Below are positions 57,501-64,000 of a DNA stretch of 64,000 nt, one piece after another. The stretch is from Rhynchobatus australiae (taxonomy: Eukaryota), in NCBI GenBank assembly GCA_034780895.1, contig JAUZTB010000078.1, positions 12,217,962 to 12,281,961 of the forward strand, given 5' to 3'. The notes below the pieces were generated by a model, which saw nothing but the letters and a program-made list of their open reading frames with translations, ran no database searches and was not told where the DNA came from. A program made the translations under genes and the position numbers. The first letter of the stretch is position 1; each line of letters begins with the position of its first letter.

Positions 57501-58527
57501 ATGTGATGTCTGAAACACAGGAGAGGTTCGTCACACCTGCTGATTGCGTGATGTCTGTATGTTAATCAGTGCTGGTGGACTAGATGTTTGAGCTGAAAAA
57601 TTAATATGTATCTATCCCCACCTTTCTGGTGACAACCGCCAAACTTCAACGTCTGCTGCAAGGGAAGAAAATAACATCAGTGACTCAAAACCAACTTCCA
57701 GGAGAGCTTCTGAATTACTGCTACATTACTCGTTCTCTACACTAGACAGGAATTCTCCAGCGTTTGCCACCACTTTGATAGCAACAGCCACTCTATCTCT
57801 TTGCACCAGTATTGTTCCTACGTAACAAGTTACTTATCCTGTTGTTAAACTCAGTGACTTCTGGAGTTTCAGGTACCTAAGAAAGGATTTACTTCCATTG
57901 GAGTCAATGCACTGTAGATTCTGAGTGTTGGTCTGTGAGCAGAGATTGTGTAGGATGGGTCTTCANNNNNNNNNNNNNNNNNNNNNNNNNNNNNNNNNNN
58001 NNNNNNNNNNNNNNNNNNNNNNNNNNNNNNNNNNNNNNNNNNNNNNNNNNNNNNNNNNNNNNNNNNNNNNNNNNNNNNNNNNNNNNNNNNNNNNNNNNNN
58101 NNNNNNNNNNNNNNNNNNNNACTGGATGAAGAGGAACTTGTACAGTGAGGGTTGTGAATCCTTGGAATGTTCCACCCTGTGGATTCCACATCCAAGACCA
58201 TATTCAAGGGTGAAAACAATACATTTCTGGATTCCAGAGGAATCAAGGAACATGTGGGAATGTGAATTAGAGGGTCGGCTGTTACCTTATGCAGGCTCGG
58301 AGCAAGTTATGTGAATGTACTCGAGCAAAACCCTAACTGCCACTAGACATTTGTGTATTACATTCAAATATCGCCTCTAAAGTGGACTACAAAGCTGTGA
58401 AGTAATCTGACTAACGCCATGGCATGTTATACGGGTAATGTTTGCATGTGATCATCAGTGAAAAATTGATTACCATCTCGTGACTCTTATCCCCTGCGCA
58501 GTCTGTTCTTGCACATCGTGGTAGCTC
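48600..58527 (-). CDS. CCDC159: Coiled-coil domain-containing protein 159; exons 58527-58474 (tentative), 57655-57622, 57509-57391, 55672-55591, 53901-53697, 52702-52635, 51254-51178, 50208-50135, 49624-49539, 48745-48600 (3' end tentative)
   Basis: Nine phase-consistent GT-AG joins give ..PDSKHLMDELEVIKFHIEVQTR|TIESLNQTVSLLAKERSHHQQQIRLLE|AEVRR..ELATEIHE|SKKFLWEECESLRKEIEQINRKL|TIQEDDLLSSL..QKKYNQ|ILERLIQR..ELKDIK|LAMIDMQEQIQNL. This aligns with recalled human CCDC159 (PDSQKLLRCELE..AFEFLNHSVTMLEKE..LAQEIRDSKKFLWEELE..QAQEDEI). The start codon and last exon are uncertain. Confidence 0.88.
55005..55290 (-). mobile_element. HE1-like V-SINE
   Basis: ggagcacccagggaaacccacgtggtcacaaggagaacgtgcaaactccacgcagacagcacccgaggtcaggactgaacctgggtc is the reverse complement of the V-SINE core and head. 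Confidence 0.8.
56650..57235 (-). mobile_element. CR1 LINE 3' end
   Basis: Same family as 13118-13530 (acagtacaggcccttcggcccaca.., cacctctatcaagtcacctctcatcctcc.., gaccagaactgaacacaatactccaag). Confidence 0.85.
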
Positions 58528-59879
58528 CTGAGACAGAAAATGAGCAAGATTGCATGGTGAGTTGAAATACTGCTGTGCATTGCCATTTAGTGGATTCCCC
58601 CTTTCATTTTATGCCAAGCTGAGCTATATTGAGAGGTGCATTCCTCTCAGCTTCATTGGTTCCAATAATGAACCAATATCCACCAGTAATGAACAGCAGA
58701 CCAAAGTGCTCAAGCTTGAACACCTTTCACACTGCAGTCTGGCTGAGGGAAGGGAGCTCCCTTTCACTCTTGAGATCTAACAAATATTCCTGATGAGCCA
58801 TGACATGGATCAGCTTTGGAATGCTGTCCATAGCCAATTGAAGGAATGGGCTAGAATGGCAGGCTGTGGGGCATGGATAAGGGCTGTGGTGGGACTTGAA
58901 CTAGTGACCTTGTGAGNNNNNNNNNNNNNNNNNNNNNNNNNNNNNNNNNNNNNNNNNNNNNNNNNNNNNNNNNNNNNNNNNNNNNNNNNNNNNNNNNNNN
59001 NNNNNNNNNNNNNNNNAGGTGAAGACGATGGCTTGCCTAGGAACATGTGACTCCACATTGATCACTTACATTTGTTCAAGTCCTGCCCTGTTGTGTACCT
59101 TGAAATGGTCAGTTAATGCAATGGTTTAAAATGAAGCTCAGTTGGAATTTCGAGAGATTTTTAATTGGTGAGTGTAGATTTCATTGGCTTGTGAAATGCA
59201 CCCTACCCATTGTATCCCAGCCTATTAATATATTGTTACTCTGAGCTGCATTCACAACAACGCTGACCAGCTATCACTGAAGTTGAGCAGCAGTTCAAAA
59301 GGGTCAAGATCTTGGCCATTGCTTAGATCTGATCTGAGCAGAGCATGTTTTTCATAGGGGTCATAAGTTAATTGTCACAATTTCATCTGGAAAACTAATT
59401 TGATCTACTCGGTAAAACATAGCAATTAGGGGGAAAAAAAGCAGAATTACACTTTCCAGGCTTATCCTTATGTGAGTCCCTTCAACCTTACACAATGCCA
59501 AACAGCCTCCGTTTTGGTATCTGAAACTTTTATTTTACCTGGATCCGCTCTGTGAATTTTCCTCAAATTGAAATTTCAGTGGCTGGACATTCCACTTCCA
59601 AAGGAGAGCCCTGATCCTCGGAATCACCATTCTCCCCATCCCCTGTAACTCCAGTTAGAAATAATCCTCTATGCAACACTGGCGTTGCATGCAATGACTG
59701 TGATACAGCTTACGTAACACACCAGTGCCCTGTGGACATGGCAGTTTACAGACAGTTCTGGAGTTCACTGGCCTGGCTCCCTGTTGTAGAGATGTTCAGA
59801 AAATGGTGGCTGCAGGTTCCTCTTGCTTTGCAGTGCTTGAATTCTACAGCTGCTCGTGTTGATGTGCCATCCCGGTGAC

Positions 59880-60740
59880 AGAATCACAGAATGATTACAG
59901 CACAGGAGGTCGTTCAGCCCGTTGGGCCAATTTCAGCTCTACGTAAAAGCAATCCAGTCAATCCCACTCCCTGCCCTCTACCTATAGCCCACAACTGTTT
60001 TTCCTTTGGGATACTTAACCAACTCCACTTTGAACAATGCCATTGATTGTCTCCACTGCTATCCCTGGCTGTGCACTTCAGACCCTTGCTGCTTGCTGTG
60101 TTTTTAAAGAAAAAAAATCCACAAGTTACTTTTGGTTCTTTTGTCATTCATTCTACATCCTCAGATTCTTGAACCCTCTGCCGACAGAAAGTTTCTCTCT
60201 CTATCCTCCATAATTTTGATTACCTGTAACAGATTTCCTCTCAACCTCCTCTTCCAAGCAGAACAACCCAATCAATCCTCATAACTAAATTCCCTCATCC
60301 CCTCCCTAAAGCCTTGACATTTTTTCCCAGTGTGGTACCTGGAGCCCCACACGATTCTCAAATTGTGGCCCAACCACTGTTTTGTAAAAGTTTATCGTGA
60401 CTTACTTGTTCTTGCACTGTATGCCTCCATCTCTGCAGACCGGGATACTTTCTTACCTCCTTCTCTACGTTCCCTGCCACTTCCAATGAACATGAATACT
60501 CACAGATCTCCCTGTTATTACACCCCTTTTAGAATTGCGCTATCTAGTTTATAATGGTGTTTTCTCATCTTTCCTACCAAAATGTAACACTTCACACTCC
60601 TCAGTATTAAAGTCCACCCTTTCTACTACTATGTAACCTTGAACTCCTCACAACTCATTATTGCCTCCAAGTTTTTTTATCATCTGTCAATTTAGAAAGT
60701 GAGCCCTGTGCACCCAGGTCCAAGTTATTAATTAAGAAAA
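59880..60740 (-). mobile_element. Decayed CR1 LINE 3' region
   Basis: cacagaatgattacagcacaggagg..ttcagccc tail, ..ctcaacctcctcttccaagcagaacaaccc, tcatctgtcaatttagaa. Confidence 0.65.
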
Positions 60741-62359
60741 GCAGTACAAGCCATCCTTGGGTAATGAATGGGTTCCATTTTTACAGACGTCCATAAGTCA
60801 ATTTTGTCATTAAGTTGGAAAACTTCACAAAAAGAACTCTATGATACCCTCACCTCCACCGTATTGTAATGAACGTCATCTAATGCACATAAGATTGATG
60901 ATAAAGAACAATTACCAAAAGTGGACAGAGAGAGAGAGAAGAAACTATGTCTGCTGTTTGTAGGAATGAATGTCTGTACATACGTTGGACTTTTGAATTT
61001 AATAATGTTACAGGAGCTCGATCATACGTAGGGGTGTCCATCAGTCGGGCTTCACCTGTGGATGGCCTATAATTGAAATGTAAGAAAGCTGCAGATGTTG
61101 GAAATCTGGAATAAATTCAAAGTACAGGAAATACTCAGCCAGTCAGGAAGCATCTGTGGAGGTGGAACTAGAGTTGATGTTTCAGGTTAATATACCTTCA
61201 CCAAATGCTGAGCACGGCCTGACCTGCTGGGTGTGTCCAGCATCTTGTTTTTGTTACCTTCATTAGAATCTGGTTCTGATGAAAGTCAGTGATGTAAAAT
61301 GTTAACTCTGTTTCTCTCCCACAAGGCTCATTGAACTAGGGCATGTCTGATGTCAGCACTTGACCTACCATTGTATCCCCATCGTTGTCGGTGACTATCC
61401 GAGACATGAGAGAAATGTCAGTATTCATTGTTCCAATTTATTGAACTGCAAAACAAAGCACAAAGGTCCATTAAAGCATCTCGCATACAGTTTCCCACTA
61501 CAGATAGTACCACCGACTGGTACTATCCAGCAAGCTCACTGCTGTTTATAAAAAATATAAATCTCTAAGGGCATCACTGCCCACACCAGCATTTAATGCT
61601 CATCCCTAATTGCTCTTGGACTGAATGACTTGATGTCATCTCAGGAGGCAGCAGAGTCGACCACATAGCGTGGAATCAGATACGGATAAGGATCACAGAT
61701 TTCTTCTCCCAGAGAACATTAGTGAATTAGTTGAATTTTTAGGATTCCCAACTTGTTACTTTAAATTCCCCAGCTGCTGAGGTGTAATTTGATGTCATTG
61801 GTTTGAGCCATTAGTCCAGGCCTCTGGATTATTAGTCTAGTATCATTAATTCTAATCCTAAACATTAATGTTAATACTAAACTGCTGCACACCTTGGTGC
61901 AGGATCATCCAAACTTTGTGCGACTTTACAGACACAAGATTTAATTTTCCTAGCAATCTAGTGAGCTGGTCCTTTGTGTATTGTGGATTGAATTGGCTTC
62001 CAAAATGATCCAAGGGGAAGATGTTGTTCATAGTTTGTCAATGGTTTATAACAACAGGCAGAATCCCTGTTCTGTACCAAGCTGGTAGATCTCCGCTCTG
62101 GGCTCTACAATTTTTCAGTGTTCCCAATTGTGTTCCAACTCCCAGTTCTTTGTGATATCTGAAGAAAGTACAGGAGGTGACCATTCAGTCCATCTTAAGT
62201 AACCTAGAAACATTCTACAACACTACACTATCAATTTAGTATTCAATGGTTTTCCCATTAATTCCAGGATTTTCACCCCAGCTGTTCTGTCTGTAAATCC
62301 ATTGCATATCTTTCTCTCTGTGTGAAGAACTTCCTAAAATCTGTGCCCTCTTGTCCTGT

Positions 62360-62670
62360 TATTTGGTATTGGTTTATTATTGTCACAGGTACAGTGAAAA
62401 ACTTGTCTTGCATACCGATCGTACAGGTCAATTCGTTACACAGCGTAGTTACACTGGGTTAGTACAGACTGTATTGAGGTAGTACAGGGTAAAAACAATA
62501 ATAGTACAGAGTAAAATGTCACAGCTACAGAGAAAGTGCAGTACATTAAGGTGCAAGGTCACAACAAGGTAGATCGTGAGGTCAGAGTCCATCTTATCAT
62601 ATACCATTCAACAGTCTTATCACAATGGGGTAGAAGCTGTCCTTAAATCTGGCGGTACATGCCCTCCTGT
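62360..62670 (-). mobile_element. LINE 3' end (Rex1/RTE-like), batoid-type; short copy at ~31610-31680
   Basis: ttattattgtcaca..gtacagtgaaaaacttgtcttgcataccg is shared by both copies. Family assignment from recall. Confidence 0.55.
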
Positions 62671-62769
62671 ATCTTTGAAGTAAGTTTCCAAATCCCTTTT
62701 CCCATAATATTTACATCCTTCTAAAGGATCATTGCATTATTCAAGACCTGACATCAACTGTCTTCAGGC

Positions 62770-63200
62770 ATCACTTGTGGTTCAGTAGGTTGCATTCTTG
62801 CCTTTGAGTCAAGAGGATATGGGTCAAAGTCCCATTCTGGATCCTTGGATGGAAGAACCTAAGCTGACCCTCCCAGTGCAGTACTGAGAGAGTGCTGCAT
62901 TATACCTCTGCTTTCTTTCAGGTGAGATGTTTAACAAAGGTCCTAAAACTTTTCTTGTTTTTATGTTTAAAAAAAATTTCTACAGGGCTATTTTGAAGGA
63001 GTGGAGAGTTAGCGCTGGAGTCCTGGCCGATATTTATCCATCAATCAACAATACTTTTCAATAAAAAAACTCTGATTATCAGGTCAATGTTGCACATCCC
63101 CTTCTGCACATTATACATAAGTTGCTGTTTCCTATGTTACAATAGTTCTTCATTGGCTATAAAAACACTTTGTAATTTCCTGAAAGGGATGCAAAAGACA
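62770..63200 (+). mobile_element. DeuSINE/SacSINE1-like SINE
   Basis: tRNA-like head gtggttcagtagg..gagtcaagagg..gggtcaaagtccc, then ccagtgcagtactgag, then Deu-like core tattttgaagga..gtcctggccgatatttatcc..ctgattatc. A partial copy lies at ~51590-51810. Confidence 0.65.
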
Positions 63201-64000
63201 CCAGTCTTTTGTTCTTTCTTACACCACACTGGCACAATAAAACTATCTCAAGTCTTCTCCAAACCACCTTCTACTTCTTAGTAAGAAGATAATGATACAC
63301 TCTCTGAGATAGGTCTGATCAGGCATAGAACAAACCAATGGGATTGCTTTGTTGGAGAGCTGGCATACCCAGTGGGCCAAATGGCAGCCTCCAGTGTCAG
63401 AGTAAATAACGATGCAAGTTTTCTCTTGGCTTTACTTTTTGTTCAATATCTTATTTACACTGATCAGAAATGGTTATCCTTGAATTTAACCCTCAGAACC
63501 CTTTTTCAATACTTAGCTTTAAAAATTCCCATATCATTCACGCAATATACACGCTGGCTATAGTTTGTGTTGGATATTAATATGCATTAAATTATTTTTG
63601 ATGGTCTGAACCATCTCTGCTTCATTAGCTCTCTTTCTTAGTTTTGTGTAATCTGCTATCTTGACATTTTTAATTATTTGCTTGTAGTATGTGGTTATCG
63701 TGAGCTGTGCTGGCATTGATTGCTCATCCCTAGTTGCCATTGAGCAGAGCAGGCAGTTGAGGGTCAACCACCTTCTTGGTCTGAAGTCGCAAAAAGGCCA
63801 GTCTGGGTAAGGATGGCAGAATTCCTCCCTGGAGACATCAGTGAACCAGACAGTTTGGTAGTTTCATGGTTACCGTTACTGATTCATAGCTTCTCTTATC
63901 ACTGTGAAGTAGAATTTGCCAAGCAGTGGATTGTTCAGCCATTAATGTCAAATACTTAACCTTGGGATAAAGGGCTACGTCAGCTGGCGAAGGGTATTAA

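Noticed and set aside
59529-59640. Possible upstream CCDC159 exon with donor CAG|gtaaaa
   Set aside because: Its open frame ends in phase 2, which does not join the downstream coding phase. It may be 5' UTR but is not supportable.

Overview
Eukaryotic, intron-containing vertebrate genomic DNA with many N gaps. The repeat content (CR1-type LINE 3' ends, HE1-like V-SINEs, DeuSINE/SacSINE-like SINEs, fold-back Penelope/MITE-like termini) points to a cartilaginous fish, probably a ray or relative (inference). Four genes could be reconstructed by hand with GT-AG sites and consistent codon phases. FDX2 (+, last 4 exons, 1287-5466; first exon is upstream of the window). FBXL12 (+, 3 exons, 6781-9611, about 330 aa). 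ATG4D (+, 10 coding exons, 22728-39087). CCDC159 (-, about 10 exons, 58527-48600). All four are 19p13.2 genes in human. Two signals are not explained by these genes. (i) A decayed, multi-exon antisense gene interleaved with FDX2's introns, in which an SDS22-type leucine-rich repeat reads across a splice junction. (ii) An unrecognised spliced minus-strand unit diverging from the ATG4D CpG island (15673 to about 11400). ATG4D also shows ATG4C-like insertions, a VEVD in place of the caspase-3 DEVD site, and uORFs ahead of its start codon. Family identifications rest on my recall of human protein sequences; no database search was run. Most ORF-track entries are spurious, repeat-derived or gap-spanning.
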